Shown: in pieces, positions 25,073-39,100 of the stretch
Layout: each line of letters starts with the position of its first letter
How positions within the stretch are numbered: the first letter of the stretch is position 1
DNA from: Blepharisma stoltei ATCC 30299
Lineage: Eukaryota; Protista; Ciliophora
Assembly (NCBI GenBank): GCA_965603825.1
Contig: CBFDEM010000044.1
Coordinates: 62,001 to 126,000 of the forward strand
Direction of reading: 5' to 3'
Length of the DNA stretch: 64,000 bases
Notes under the pieces: generated by a model
The model's database searches: none
Told to the model about the DNA's origin: nothing
The model's input: the letters and a program-made list of their open reading frames with translations, nothing else
Program-made: the position numbers and the translations under genes

Positions 25073-27148
25073 TTAAGTTAAAATTTCTTTCTTAACAGAC
25101 AGAATTTCTTCAACTGGCTCAACTTTTTGAATCCACCTGCCTTTCTCCTCCTCATCAGTTCTCTTCAGCAGTTGAGCTCTTTCATTATGAGTGTTAGCCC
25201 ACTTTTCTCTATAAAGATTCACTTGAGCAAAGAATTCATCTTTCATTTTTGCTTCTTTTTCCTTTTGGGCTTCTCTGGCAGCTCTTTTTACTTGTTTGTC
25301 TTCCTCTTCATATTTTGCTGCAAGCTCATCTAATTGATTTTCAATTTTATCATAAATTTTAGGGTCTAAAATTGATTTCGGTCTTAGTCTCCAAGAAAAT
25401 TGATAAAACTTTTCCAAAGCAGCGTGAGTGATATCAGACCCTTGGCAATTAAAAATTAAATACCCTGACCCCTGCTGCTGTGTGGCTCTTTGCGTAATCC
25501 CTTGCAAGCTTCCTACAGATAAATATCTTCCACTGGGATCCCATTCTAAAAAGTTCATATTCATGTGAACTCTTTCTTCTATTTGATATAAAGTTTGATT
25601 TTTCACACAGAAAAACTCAACTCTTCCTTCAGTATTATTTTTAGCTGCAAAACTATAGGTGACTAAGTGCCCACCTTGGGGTGCCCATGCAATTGCTGAA
25701 CATTTTGTATCGCATTGGTCAATCTTTTTGGTTTCGATCTTTTCTGAGTCAACTTCATAGACAACCAGAGTTTTTGAAGAATGAGCTCCAGCGTAAATTA
25801 AAGCGAAACGATTTCGGTTTGGCTCCCAAGAAAAAGTGCTAACCACAAAATCTAAGGAAAGGGATTCTACTGGGATTCCTCTCTTTTTTACATAAAATAT
25901 TTCAATAATACTGTTTTTAGGCTTTGGATTGTTTCTGTGCTTTGTAGTCACAACTGATATTAAAAATTCACCATTATTATTCCAAAATGAGTAAAACCCA
26001 AGGGCTTCATACACCATTCTTGTAGCAATTAATTCCCTGCTAGGAATAGCCAAAAGTCTCACTTGTGCAGGCTTGGCTTCACTTTCTCTTATATGAAGGC
26101 ATATCACATTATCTCCGCTGCTCCATGAAAATTCAGCTAATTGGGGTATCGGAATTGGTGCCTTTTTACCGTCATTGTCTTCAATCATAGCCATTGTTTC
26201 TGAATTGTAAACACTTATCATTTCATTTCCTTTTTTCGCTACAAATTCTCCATTATAGCTATACATATAAGTTCCCCAAGGCTCATCATTGGCTTGAAAA
26301 GTCCTGATTTCTTCCCCTTTTTCTAAACTCCACATAATAAATTGTCCAGCTGCGCCTGGGGAGTAAGTCATTAAATATCGCTCACATGGGGAAAATTCAA
26401 TTTGGCTTACACCATAATGAGAAAGTCTCATAATTTCTTCGAATTTTGGCCCACCCCAAAGTACAATTCCACGCTGATGCAAAGTTGCAAGATATGTGCC
26501 TTGGGTTGACCATTTTACATATTTATCAGTCCATACTTTATCTGATGGGCCAGCAGTGACTAGCTCAGGGTTCAACGAAATTGAGTCATTCCAAAACACT
26601 TTTGTTGATTCCTCATGGCGGATTACAAATTGGTCACGTGATCTATAATCTGTGAGTCAGCTTTTAAGCTCTTTTTGTGTAAAAACTCGAGGCTCCACAT
26701 ATTCTGCAGGAGTGTCCATAAGCCTATCAAACTCATCAAAAGACACGACTGTAAGTGAGTGTTTTTTATCAAATGCCAAGCCATTGCATTTGACTACTGC
26801 AGTTTTTGCTAATTCTTCATCAGGAAATGTGACGAATGCAAAACATTGGCTTTTTCCGTCAACCATAGGCATATAAACTGCACTTGGTTCAATAGGAACG
26901 ACAGCCTTACTAATAACTTTTACAAGAACCTTTATTAAAAGCTCTTCTTTTTCAGCTGTGACTTCTGGGAGATTATCCACAATCACTCGGTTTGTCCATC
27001 GAAGCTCAAATAATGGTTTTGGCTCTAATAGAGGATCATTTCGCTCTTTGGCTTCACGTTTTTGGTCTTCAATATAAGGTTCGTATTCTGGGTGAGACTG
27101 TAAAACATCAGAAAAATCGATGAGCTCAAGAGGATGCTGATCTTCCAT
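25073..27148 (-). CDS. EIF3B: Eukaryotic translation initiation factor 3 subunit B, ~691 aa
   Basis: N-terminal RRM (VIVDNLP...FDKKH), LKS[W]LTDYRSRDQF with TGA at 26657, WSTQGTYLATLHQRGIVLWGG, WDPSGRY, FSWRLRP. Confidence 0.95.
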
Positions 27149-27544
27149 TTTATAAAGGATTTTTGTTCAAAAGGAAAGATATTAGTAATAAATTAGAAAA
27201 TTAGGATAAATTTTTCTATAATTTGTAATAGATTAGGGTTTTTTTATGTAGGCAATGTTTAAGAAAGCATATTTATTTTTAAATTATTAAAAAATTCTGA
27301 CTTTATATACAAATGCTCCCTAGATGCATGAGCAAAATTTTTAAATAGCAGAAATTGTCATTTTCCTGATTATAAAATTAGCAATTATAAAGATTTTTAT
27401 GATACAGTAATCTTCTTAAAATAAATTATTCTGCAGGTTTATTCAATTTCTTTCCCCAATTCCTTTAAAAATCATTTTTCCTATTCCTCAAAGAATTCGT
27501 AATTAATCTTTATACAAATTACACAATAAACATTTTAATAGAGA

Positions 27545-28723
27545 ATGCTAAGACCCGATCTTGAATACCAAAATATGTTTGAACTCTTCAATCTTCCTTC
27601 TTTTAACTTTTTCCTCGATATCCCAAGCAGAACTTCTTCTTCAAGCACAGAAACTCAAGATGTTTCAAATTTCGATCGCCAACTTGAGTCTCATTTTGAC
27701 CAGCTCTCAACATCTTTTTCTTCACAAAAAGATTTTCTTGAAGCTACCAAGCTGAGAATTTCTAAACAAAAAAAGACCTTCAACGAAATAGTCACTGAAA
27801 AATGAGAAAAAATTAACAAGGAAAAAGAGCTGTGAGAAGAAAATATTTCCAAGGCAGAATCCCTAGCAAAATTGTCAGAAAATTTAATAGAAATCAATAT
27901 TGGAGGCTCCCACTCGATTATAACCACTTTGGATACTATTAGGAAATACCCAGATTCTGCCTTAGCAGCAATGTTTTCAGGTCGGCATCAATTAGCATTG
28001 CAAAACGGAAAAGCATTTGTGGATAGAGATGCGAAGCCTTTTTGCCAGATGATTGATTTTTTGAGGACTGACAGAGCACCGATTTTTAAGCACCCAGAAG
28101 AACAAATCAGCTTTTTGGAAGAGCTTGATTATTGAGGAATTTTAGATAAAAATCCAATAAAAAATATTGACCAATCTTGAAGGCATTTCGACCCTGAATG
28201 GTGTGCAAGTACTTTAACCCTCGAAAGTGACGCCACAGTTGTCAGAAAAATCAGCTCTTCTCATGGTATCATTTTTGGAGCCAACGCAATGAGCGAAGTC
28301 TGCCCATACGTCGAGCTAAACATTTCTATAGCAGAATTCTCTAGTAATGGCTCACATATTTTTATCGGACTTGTCGACAAGTCAAAGTACCGTCTCAATC
28401 AGCTTTTATCGACCTTATGAAGAGATGCGCCATCAAGCTGGTATTGGGACGTCTGGAGCACCAAGCTGATTAAAACTGACGAAAATGGCTTCCACAAGGT
28501 AATGACAGGTTATGGCTGTGACTGTGAAGATACAGAAACTGTTATAGGAATTTATTATGATGAAAAAAACAGGACTATAAGTTTTTTCAAAAAAGGGATT
28601 TCTCAAGGAGTTGCCTTTACGGAGGTGCCGCCTGGGCTTTATCCTTCTGTAGATGTGTGGCTTGAAAGTGGGACTGTAACTATGTTACAGACGAAGGTCC
28701 CGAAAAATATTAAACTAATGTAA
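27545..28723 (+). CDS. Coiled-coil + BTB/POZ (KCTD-type) + SPRY-like protein, ~392 aa
   Basis: INIGGSH..TTLDTIRKYPDSALAAMFSG..FVDRD..DFLR..ELDY[W]GI; SPRY-like IGIYYD..TISFFKKGISQGVAF..LYPSV; five in-frame TGA join the ORFs. Confidence 0.85.
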
Positions 28724-28750
28724 TTTGAATTTATTAGCTAAAATTATTTA

Positions 28751-30034
28751 TTAATTATTATCTGATTGGATTTCTTCTTTAATTAGTTTTTCTTTTTCAA
28801 GCTCTTTCTGCTTTCGAGGCAATGTCACAAAGCCATGCCAAGTGTGTCGGATATAAATAATGGCAACAATAATCCCTAGACCAAATCATATTATAGCAGC
28901 ATGGTAATATTCCATATAATAGGTAAGCCAAATCATCATAGCAGGGCCTAGTGCAGCACCTAGCATAATTGCTGTGACATAAATTCCAGCAATTAAATCT
29001 ACCACTCTGTCTGTCAATTTAAGCCCTATTTTATTCATAGCTGTGCCTGTAATGATAGGAAACCCTGAAGCTGTGCCAACTGACATGCCAAAATCCAGAA
29101 AAATAAGTCCATATAATAAGCACGGATTATATTCCCCAATTATTGTATTAACAATTCCTATCAGAATCAGCCCAATTATTGCTCCAATAATCCCAAGCAA
29201 CATAATTACTTTTCTATCAATTTTTTCCAAAAATAAACAAAATATCCCAGTGACTACAAATGATACTATGGAGCTTCCCACAATAAAAATTGCTAATTAT
29301 TTCTTACTTATTGTTCCGTCATCTCTATCTGAGTCTTCTAAAATCCCATCAAGCACAGGATCTATACATCGAGCTGCGGCGACCACAAAAATAATCACCA
29401 TACAATCCAATAAAATTTCATTTTCTTTTATTAAATCTTTTATTTCTAAATCCAAATTTTCATCATCTTCTCTTGGAGTTTTTTTGACATATTTTAAAGT
29501 AAAAATAAAAACTAAAGCCAATAATAATGTGCAGGATAAAAAATAAAATAAAAAATGCTCTTTTTCAGAGAGGTATAAAGGCATTGTTAAACCAAAAGTA
29601 TAGCCTAAATCCCATGAAAACTCAGCAACAGGGAATAAAAGATAAATGTTTTTAGGGTCATGAGCTAGAAGTAAAGTCAGTGCTGGGACATAAAATCCGA
29701 CAGCTCCAAGTGATATAAACACAATAGAAATTGCAAGCCAAATAATGCACAATGCAGGGGTTAAATAAGCAGCGATTGGATAAATTGCTACCCCAAAAAT
29801 CTAATTATATGATACCACTAATAAAACGCTGGAAATTAAATAATTTCGCCTTCTTACGTGTTTGAGGTGGTCTGCTACATAAGGAGCTAGTAAAAATCCT
29901 AAAACATAGGCAAGTGTAACCACTCCACGAGTAGGGGAATCAGTAGAATCTTCAATTATAGGCAAAGCTGCAATAGAAGAATAATAGCTAAAAAATACAG
30001 TCGCTATTAGTGGAAAAATTCCAATCTTAAACAT
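28751..30034 (-). CDS. MFS-type membrane transporter, ~417 aa, 2 introns
   Basis: About 12 hydrophobic segments; motif-A-like ADHLKHVRRR and EKIDRK; introns 29801-29815 and 29293-29307; TGA 28886 read as Trp. Confidence 0.75.
29293..29307 (-). other. 15-nt spliceosomal intron
   Basis: gtaagaaataattag; in-frame TAA. Confidence 0.9.
29801..29815 (-). other. 15-nt spliceosomal intron
   Basis: gtatcatataattag; in-frame TAG. Confidence 0.9.
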
Positions 30035-30169
30035 TATTTTGTGTAAAAAGGCGTTTTTCAATAATAATTCGTAAAAATTTTCCTTTAAATTTTAATTTCT
30101 GATATAAAAATTTCTGTTCAACTCTATCCATAAATAATTTTTATTAAAAATATCGAATTTAAATAAATT

Positions 30170-33100
30170 TTAATCGTCTTCTTCCCATCCTCCGCTTGCC
30201 CTTCCATCTAAATCAATATCTGTACAATGGGTGATAGCATAAAGCATTTTTTCCCTCATAACTTCTTTGCTTGTGTATGCTGGCAATTCAATAGAAAAGA
30301 AACAAGTGTGAGAGACTGGCAAATAATTGTTTACTGGCCCTTGAGGCAGATATCGAGTAATTTTCATATGTTTCCATTCTTTTCCTGATGGCAACTTAGA
30401 TCTTCCCCATACAAATTTCAAATATAAAGATCTTTCTTTAGGAGTCATTTCTAATAAAACTTCCCAAAAGGTAGAAATGTGAGGGTCATTTATGCTGCAG
30501 TTTTCATAATCAGTATTTCCCTTAAGAATTTCTATATCAATATTAGAAGCTCCGCAAACAAGAGTTTCTACCTGTTTTCAGCTAAACAAATTCAAATAAT
30601 CAATCGGCACCACTGCACTTATTCCATTCCTAATCGCCTCATACGCCTTCGCGCCTTCACTAAGCCTAAATTTTTCAATTAAATCTGCATACTCTTTGGC
30701 AGTCTCATAAGTAACCGAAATTTCTTTTCCATTCGGGATCAGCTCAACTTCACGTCCACTTGAGTCTTTTGTAGCAAATTTCTCATCATAAGCATACGCA
30801 AAAGTTTCAGGCGTCAGCTGATTTTCTTCAGGATTTCTCAAAATTTCTAAAATTTGGACAGTGCAGACATCAATGCCTCTGAGGTCTCTTGTTGATAAAG
30901 GGTCCATTAGGAGGCGTTTCCAGAATAACGGAGGGAAAGAAATATTTAAATTATTTTGAGTTCTTATGGCTGCCCCCATAAGTTTGCCTAGGAAGGTAAA
31001 GAGTTCAAGGTCTTGTGGGGAGTCAGCTGATGGGTTTATAATCCATGATTCACGGTTTTCCCCGATATTGTTGACATTATTAGGGCAAGGCACCAGAAGT
31101 CTAAGGTAGCTTGACTGAAGCTCGTCACACATGTTGCTCATAGACTCATTGTAAGGCCCTCCTGCATCAATAGAGGCTTCTCCACGATAGGTGACTCTAT
31201 ATACTCTTTCTGAATTTCTGAATTCTGTATTAGGGATATTTATCATGCACCTATAAATTTGTCCAAAAATAGAAAACTGGCCATAGACGTCTACATCTTT
31301 TCTGTCCCTATGTCGGGCTGCTTTAGGCCGATCTATGGTAATTTCTGTTCTTTTTTCATTAGCTGTTTTGGTTAAGCTGTCTTTTAAAATCCCATTTTTG
31401 AACCTGAAAAACACGTAGCTTCGAGAGCCTATGAACACCCTTTGCAGCTCAGACATAGAAGCTATAGAGTCTAGATGCAAATTAAATAAATACAAAGAAG
31501 ATTCTACCCTTTTATTGAACCTCAGTAAAATTTGGTATAATTCTCGCATGTCGTCTTTGCTGATTTTTTCTAATTCTTGATAGTAAATTAATTCGTTTTC
31601 GTTGGGATTAATTTCTTCGTTTTTTAAATTTAGGATGTCAAGACCTTTGGATTGGGTGAATTCATCAAGATAATTTACTAATTGTTCAGCTGCGCCATTT
31701 TTAAATAAATGCTTGTACTTCTGGGAGTAATTTTGTTGCCAGTCATTTTTGGTTTCTTCTGAGGCGTAATTAAAATAAGAATTTATCACGTTTTTGGTCC
31801 TCCCAGTAAATTTTGGAATTATTTTAAATTTGTAGCCATAGTAAATATAATCGTTTTCTGAGGAAATATTTATAATATCGATATCTGCAGGAAATTTAGG
31901 AAATTCTGAAATAGTAATGCTTTGTTCAGGAATGGTCAAAACTGATACAAACTTCAGCGGCTCCATTTTGTCATTAAATTGGAAATTTGGCCTTTTTGTG
32001 ACTAAAAATTTCCCATTTTTATAAAATTTGAACTTTCCTTCTTCAAAGTCTATATAGCAGCCAATAATGTCATTTACAGAAAACCCTTCTACATCTGAAT
32101 AAATTATGATAGAGTTTTCGTGCTCTATGAGCTTCTGGGCAAATATTGATGAAAATGTGAATCCAAGACCAATTTTTCCTCGTGAATTGATAAAAACTTC
32201 TATATAATTTCTTCCAATTTTCAGCTCAGGAGTAGTCGCATATATTGAAGGGGAGTCCTCAAATTTAATTAGTGTCCTTTTATCAGTAGAAATGCTAGCA
32301 TTTTCATTAGAATCGCTTCAGAAATGCTTTATTAAATAGCTGGAATTTATAGGATACCAACCATAGACAATGTCACCTTTTACAGTTAAATTGTATTTAG
32401 TGCCTTCTTTTTGTATGCATTTTAAGGAAACAGATAAAGAATTCTCACCAAAGCAGGCAACTGGGGTTATGTCTTCAGCGATTTGAGTGAATTTGCAGAC
32501 TTCTGTATCATTTTTGAAAAAAATTAATTCTTTTGTGTCGAAGTTTAGCAGGATTGAAAGTAAGTCAGCTGAGGAGAAGCTGGCACCATGGGTATTTGAG
32601 CCTTTACTGTAAAAGTCGCCGGATTTTTTCCAAGTTCATGATTCTTTTTGGTAGCCAATCCCTATACAGCTATTGAGAGCTGAGTCTATTTCGTCAGATT
32701 TTATAGCTCCGATATAAAAATTGTCATTATTTCCATCACTGTCTATAGAAAAAGTGATTTTTATGATCCCGCTATTGAAATTTTGATTTAAAATAGCTGT
32801 TGTATACCCATTTCCATTATCTCTTCTTGCAGTCCTGTTTTTATTTTCTAACAAAATTCCATTACCTTTAGGATTTTCCATCCAAAAGCAATCATTAATC
32901 TGATTAAACACCAAATTTTCCACATTTTCAACAGGAATTTTGCCTTTATTATCATAACTAAAATAAATTGTCTCACTTGGATCCAGCATAGAATTTGGAT
33001 CGATTTCTATATTCAAAAACAGCGCCCCTGGTATTTGAATTTTTTCCACTTTAGTCTGCCTCTTATAAGGGTGCAGGGACTCTCTCACCTCTTCTGCATT

Positions 33101-36100
33101 TTTGCTGATCCTTTCTTTAAACCTGTCAAATAAAAACATTTCTAGTGCCTCGTCTTTATCTGTAAGCCCTTTCATATCAGAAACCAGCTCATTCAACTCC
33201 ATAAATCACTGTTCCTGGTTCTCTAAATTCGAAAAATTCCCAATTTCAAATAAAAATGTGATCAGGGCTTGCAAAATTTGGTTCCATGTTTTTGCAGCTT
33301 CATTTTCATGGTAAAGCTCATTGGCTTCTAATAGTGAAATTTCTATTATTTTTTCAATTGTGGGGTTATTATTAATCATATAAGATTTCAAAATATTTAA
33401 AGCCCGGAGTTTGTCGTCAACAGAATTTGCAGATAAAACGAATAAAAATAGTGGCTGAAGGAACCGAGGAGTATATAAAATTCTTAATTCTTCATTGGTA
33501 ATTGCGAATTCTCTGAGTTTTTCTAGCATCCAAAGAGCGCCGTTAGGTTTTACTGTTTTTTCACCACCAAGAGAAGTGGCGGTAAATCGATATCCTCAGT
33601 CATTTCGAGAGCCGTCACTATGAAAATATCAATAAATGGTACTTTTTTGGACCTCAAAACCAGTTCACTTAGAAGTTCCAGTTCCAGAAAAATTTTTAAT
33701 TTCTCCTTGTTTTGAAGGTTTTTCATAAAATTTCAAATAATCGCATGATTCTTCAGTCGCGCATCTGGGGTCGAATTCTATACGGATTCCATTTGCCCCT
33801 GGGAAAGAAATGACTCCTTCAGCGTCAAAATTATCTGCATAAGGATGGACACTTTCGTAGGTTGAAGATCTTTGTCCTGAGGTATTGCAAATTAAATAGG
33901 AAATTAAAATATTTAAGCACTCTTTTGCAGCTTTTAATCGGAAATTTTCACCGTCCAGATTTTGTAGTAGTTTTCTAATAGGAGCTTCTAGATGGTCTAA
34001 TTCAGACTCCAGATGAGTTAAAAGACGCCCAAGGCTGGTTCTGCCTGGCATTGTGGTAATCATATTGGGGTATTTTTTCAGTGTGCTGACTAGTAACTTC
34101 TTTGATATTGCAAGTCTTCTATTTTCTTCTATATCAAGCAAGGAATTATAAAGCTCCATAAGAGATAATGCTTCATAACTAGCTGAGTCGTCGACTTGGG
34201 CACCATTTGAATTTTCTCCAATTTTATGATCTACTAGTCCATGAGTATCGGTCCCTGAAATTTCCATAGATTTTAAAGGAACGATAGGACAATTTAGCAC
34301 TGAGTCTGGGTATTTTACTGCCACTAAAATATAATAGCTTTTTATGTCTTGTGACGCTATATTTAAAGCTTTATTATCTTTATCAGTAAGTAATTGGTAT
34401 CCGTATGGCAAGACTACAGAATATACTGAAGAGACTTTTATAAAAGCAATATCCTTTATAGAAGGGCTATTTTTGTCAGGTTGAGAAATTTTGATGGAGA
34501 CTTGATTAGTCCTGTCATCATTGATACTTAGATCTCCAATGTCAGTATATCCCGCAGCACCTCCAGCTATAGAAAACCCTACGCAAGCGTTTCCACTGAC
34601 TTTTTTTTCTTTTTTCATAGCTAATATTTTTCTTTTAGGAATTTCAAATTTTATTGGATTTCCATTTTCATATATTTTTACGATATGGAATCCAGGTGGG
34701 ACTTTTTCAATTTTATCAAAAATTTTGATATCTGTCACCATTTCTTGTTCTAAACTTAAAGGTGGATTGTTCATATTTTCTACCCCAAAACGATTCAACG
34801 CATAATCAATTGCTGAGCTTAAATCATTTGACGCTTTTAATGCTTCATCTATTTCTTCGTCTGAAAATCCAAGCAATTGCAGCCTGAATTTATCTAAATT
34901 TTGGTCTTTTAATTGGATTTTTACATATCTTTCTCCTCCTTCTAACTCTTTGGGAGGCTCAATTTTTGACTGAAGATCACCTTCATATTTATTTTCATAG
35001 ACTTCAAAGCATAGTAAACTGGCAGAAGCTCCGATATCTAGGTAAACTCCGAAATCCCCTATTTTAATTCCATTAAAAACTGTTCCACATATTTTTTCTA
35101 CATGAATTTTTGAATTTTCGTTTGTAATTGAAACCTCTCCATTAGCTTTTGCATAAATTCTTATAATTAAAGGCTCAAATAAGCTTGCTTCTCCATTTGG
35201 TTCATTATTTATAGCGAAGTGAGGCCTTCCTATTGCTGTGGTGATCCCAATTTCTAAATCCCCAACAATAAGTCCACAAGAAAGCTTATTATTTATAGCT
35301 TGTCCTTGTATAGCCGCCATTATTGTGATAGAAGCTAAAGGCTCTATATTTTTTTGGAAAATATCATAAGGTAAAGAATTTTTATATTCTTTTCTTTCAG
35401 CTGCTTGCTTTGGGTTTTTTATTACTAAATGCTTGGTTTCATTTTGGTAAAATTCGGATTTTCCAGTTAAATCTTTAATTTTAAAAGAGCTTTCTTTAAA
35501 CAGCGCCAATCTATAGATCTGCCCTGCCACTTTTTGTATCTTTTCTGGTTCTTTTCAATCAATAATAGCTTGCTTTTCTTTGATCCCCATTTCAAAGCAT
35601 TTCACGATTTTCACAATTGGGATATCTACAGATACCAATTCAATTGCTAATAGCTGGTCATTGTCGTTCCATTGGGCAATTTTATTTTGAGCTTCTTCTT
35701 CAGTTAGTGGCTTTTCTTCTTCTTCTTTTTTTTCTTCACCTTGTGATGCTGGTTTTGAGTGCAATTTCTTGGATATTTCACTGATCAGTCTAATATAGCT
35801 ATTTTTACTAGTCGTTAACTGTGGCTTACTCTTAGAAATTACATTTCCTATAATGTTTTCTATTTCTGAATACTTTGGCTCTTTTGATTCTAAGGTATCA
35901 ATCATGCAGACCATAGAGATTATGTCAAGTTTTGTATATAAAGCACGAAGATTAGCAATAGAGTCACAGTTTGCATTTATTAACACATTTGAAGAACTTC
36001 TAAGGGTTTCCCAGAATGAAATAGTGGAGGCACTTAAGCGGTCTTTTTCTTCGCTATCAAGCTGTTCATTTAATTTTATATTAATTTGTGCTTCTATTGA

Positions 36101-39100
36101 GTCGATTTTTTCAAGATTTTCAGTTATTGTTGTATCTTCAATTACTGAATAAAATCTTGCATTAGGGCTAGTGATTTCTTTAATAATTCCTCTAGGCAGA
36201 GAACAGTTTAGCAGCTTTGCTTGAGAAAGAACTGTTGGAATTACACCATACCCATCAAAATTTTTAGATGATGAAGCCATGAAATACAAAGCACCTGCAT
36301 GAATTGCAGACAAAGGAGTCCCTAGCATCAAAGATTCAGAGCCATCCCTTAGGGTTCTTATTAACACTTCTACTACTTCATATCTTCACCTTTCAACAGC
36401 AGTCAGTGATAAAAGTAAACTTTCAGCTTCATAAGCCCATCTAAGCGATATTTCTTTTGAGCTTTCATTTTCATACCAAATTGCACCTTTTCCGATTTTA
36501 ATAAGCAAAAATGAAATAAAATCAAATTTATTTCCAGTTAATTTTCCAATTTTTTCCCAATAAGGAAGAAATGTCTGGGGAGAATGCTGGGTAGGAATTA
36601 TGTGCCGCAATATCCGAGTTCCTAGTAAAATTGTTTTTGCAGAGGGAATTGCAAAGGTAATTTTTAATAAAGTGTCAAAATATTCCTCACGGGCGATGAG
36701 TTTTGTAAGACAATGAGAGCCTAGAGACCCGTATAGTGTCCATAATAATGAGCTGATAAAGTCAATTTGTCCTGAAATTGCTTTTGATGTAGATTTGCAT
36801 GACGATGGCAGGTCGTTGTACATAGAAATTGCATCTTTAATTTCATTGTAATAGTCTTTGAATTTTTCTTTATTTGAGGTTATAGCTTTTATTGTGATAT
36901 AAAAATCTAAATTTCCTGCTTCATCTTTGAATTCTGCTGGTGCATTCTCAGGTATTTTTTCTGGAATAATTATCCCTGGCTCATTTGCCGATAAAAATAA
37001 TTCCAAAAATTTTGAAAAAGAATTTTCGACTGACTGCTTGATTCTTCTATTAAAATTTTCTATCACTTGGCGTATATTTGTCATATTATAGTCTTCTAAA
37101 GCTTCATAATAATCATTTCTAAGATGATGCCACAGCTGGGAGCTGCCTATATAATCCTGTATATCCTCCGGAAACTGGCTGCTGAAATTTTTAAACACAT
37201 TTAAATATCTGAAAAAATCATATTCACCTTTAGAATTTTTATTTTCTTCATAGCACTCCAAAGTATCTACAATAGAAGAGTCGAGCCTTATAAGATCATT
37301 TTGGTGGATTATTCCTTTCATAGCAGGGTCAGCTTTATTTATAAAATCATCAATAATTTCACATAAATAAAATCCTTCGAAGTTTTCTGTTTCTTTTTTA
37401 AACTGCCTTATCCATTCTTTGACTGGATTTTTTACTAATTCACTAGAAATAATATTTTTTCCGATTCAGTTTTCTCCTTTTACAATTTGTGAAATTATGA
37501 ATTGGTCGGTATTTTGAGCCATAAAAATTTTGTCAAACTTAAACTCGTCAAATAAAACTTTAATGAAAATTTCTTGAATTAAATTTTTTGTCGATTCGTT
37601 AGGCTCAACCCAGGAGCCGACTATTGAGTATAAAATTTGTTTAAATAATCCTCATGAACTTTTGGATAGTTTCAATTTTAATGATTCTCGAGTTTTTGTG
37701 TCGATATCGAGCTCAGGGGAAAGCAAATCTTCATAATTTGTGAAAGAAAATTCTAAATTGTTTGAAATTCCTGTCAGATATTTTTGATTTGGTTTTTCTG
37801 AGTCTCTTTTTATTAGAATGTATTTTCTTTCACCTTTAAATACAAAGTCTTCTGTTGCCTTTTCATATCCATTAATTAGATGGCTTTCTAATAAAATTTC
37901 GACAATAGGCTGAGCATTTCCACCTTTATCAATTACTAAATATAAATTATTCTCGTCTCTTTTTTCTTCTAATAATATTTTTTCAGAATTTTCAGGCACT
38001 TCATTTTCTATTAAAATCCCCAATCTAGTTATACACAATTCTTTTTTAAAAGGCTTTACAATTTCATCTTCTCCAAAATTACCTTTAGCCCATTTAAGTA
38101 AATGTGAAATCGTCATTGAAAATTGCTTTTCCAAAATCAGATCTCCATCAATTCCTTTCAGAGGGTAACTCATAGCTTCAATCACTGATAAATAATACTC
38201 ATAATCAGAAATTTTATTTTTATTGTCATCATTTTTTTTCAGTTCTTTTTGCAAAGTTTCATACACTTCAAAAAATGAATGTTGGACACATTTTAACAAA
38301 AATGGGTCAATTCCTTCTAATCCATCCCAGCAATGGTGTTTTTCACCTTTTTTCTTCAAAGAGTCACTAAAAATTTTGACAATCGCAGTTTCATTTTTAT
38401 TAGAATTTTTAATCAAATCAGAAAACAGCAATAATCCAAGTACTCTTGCGATCCCTTTAGTCCGCCTTTTTTCTATAGTTTCCATGATTTCTTGGAGCGA
38501 AATTGATGATTCTAAAAATTTGGTAACAAAATCAGCGACTTTAAGAAATTCTTTAATGTCTTCATTTTCAGGCTGTTTTATTTTGGAGGCTGTAGTAAGA
38601 AGACCCTTTAGTTTTGATGAGGTTATTACAGCTTTTTTGACAGCTTTTCATTTGCTTGCTGTTTTAAGAGGAAGAGAATTTTTAGTTTGCATTTTTGCAA
38701 CGCTTGACAATAAATTTTTCATTACTTTGTTGACACCAAGCTCATTTAAGCTAAATCTATATTCCCCTGCCAATAATAATGCTGATTTTATTACTATATC
38801 TCTATTTATATCTGTATAAGTAATATCTGGGTTTCCATGATCCATTAGCTGCTGCTTATGCTTTTGTGCCCATCCTCTTATTAAATTGCTTTGTTTTATA
38901 ATAAATTTCAGCGTCAATCCAACTTCTTCAGGAGAGTCAAAAATTTTATTAACTGTGTCAATTACATCAAAAAATGCAATATAAACTGCAAAAATTGCTC
39001 TTTCAGCCTGATCCATTTCTGAGCCTCCAGTATTAGTCGAAGGTCCAAAAATTCCTGATTTTTTCTTTAAATTGGTCCACGCTGCTTTAACTCTGTCGCT

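Noticed and set aside
29043-38819. Long antisense ORFs such as 29043-29546+ and 38223-38819+
   Set aside because: They lie opposite well-supported genes and have no motifs of their own
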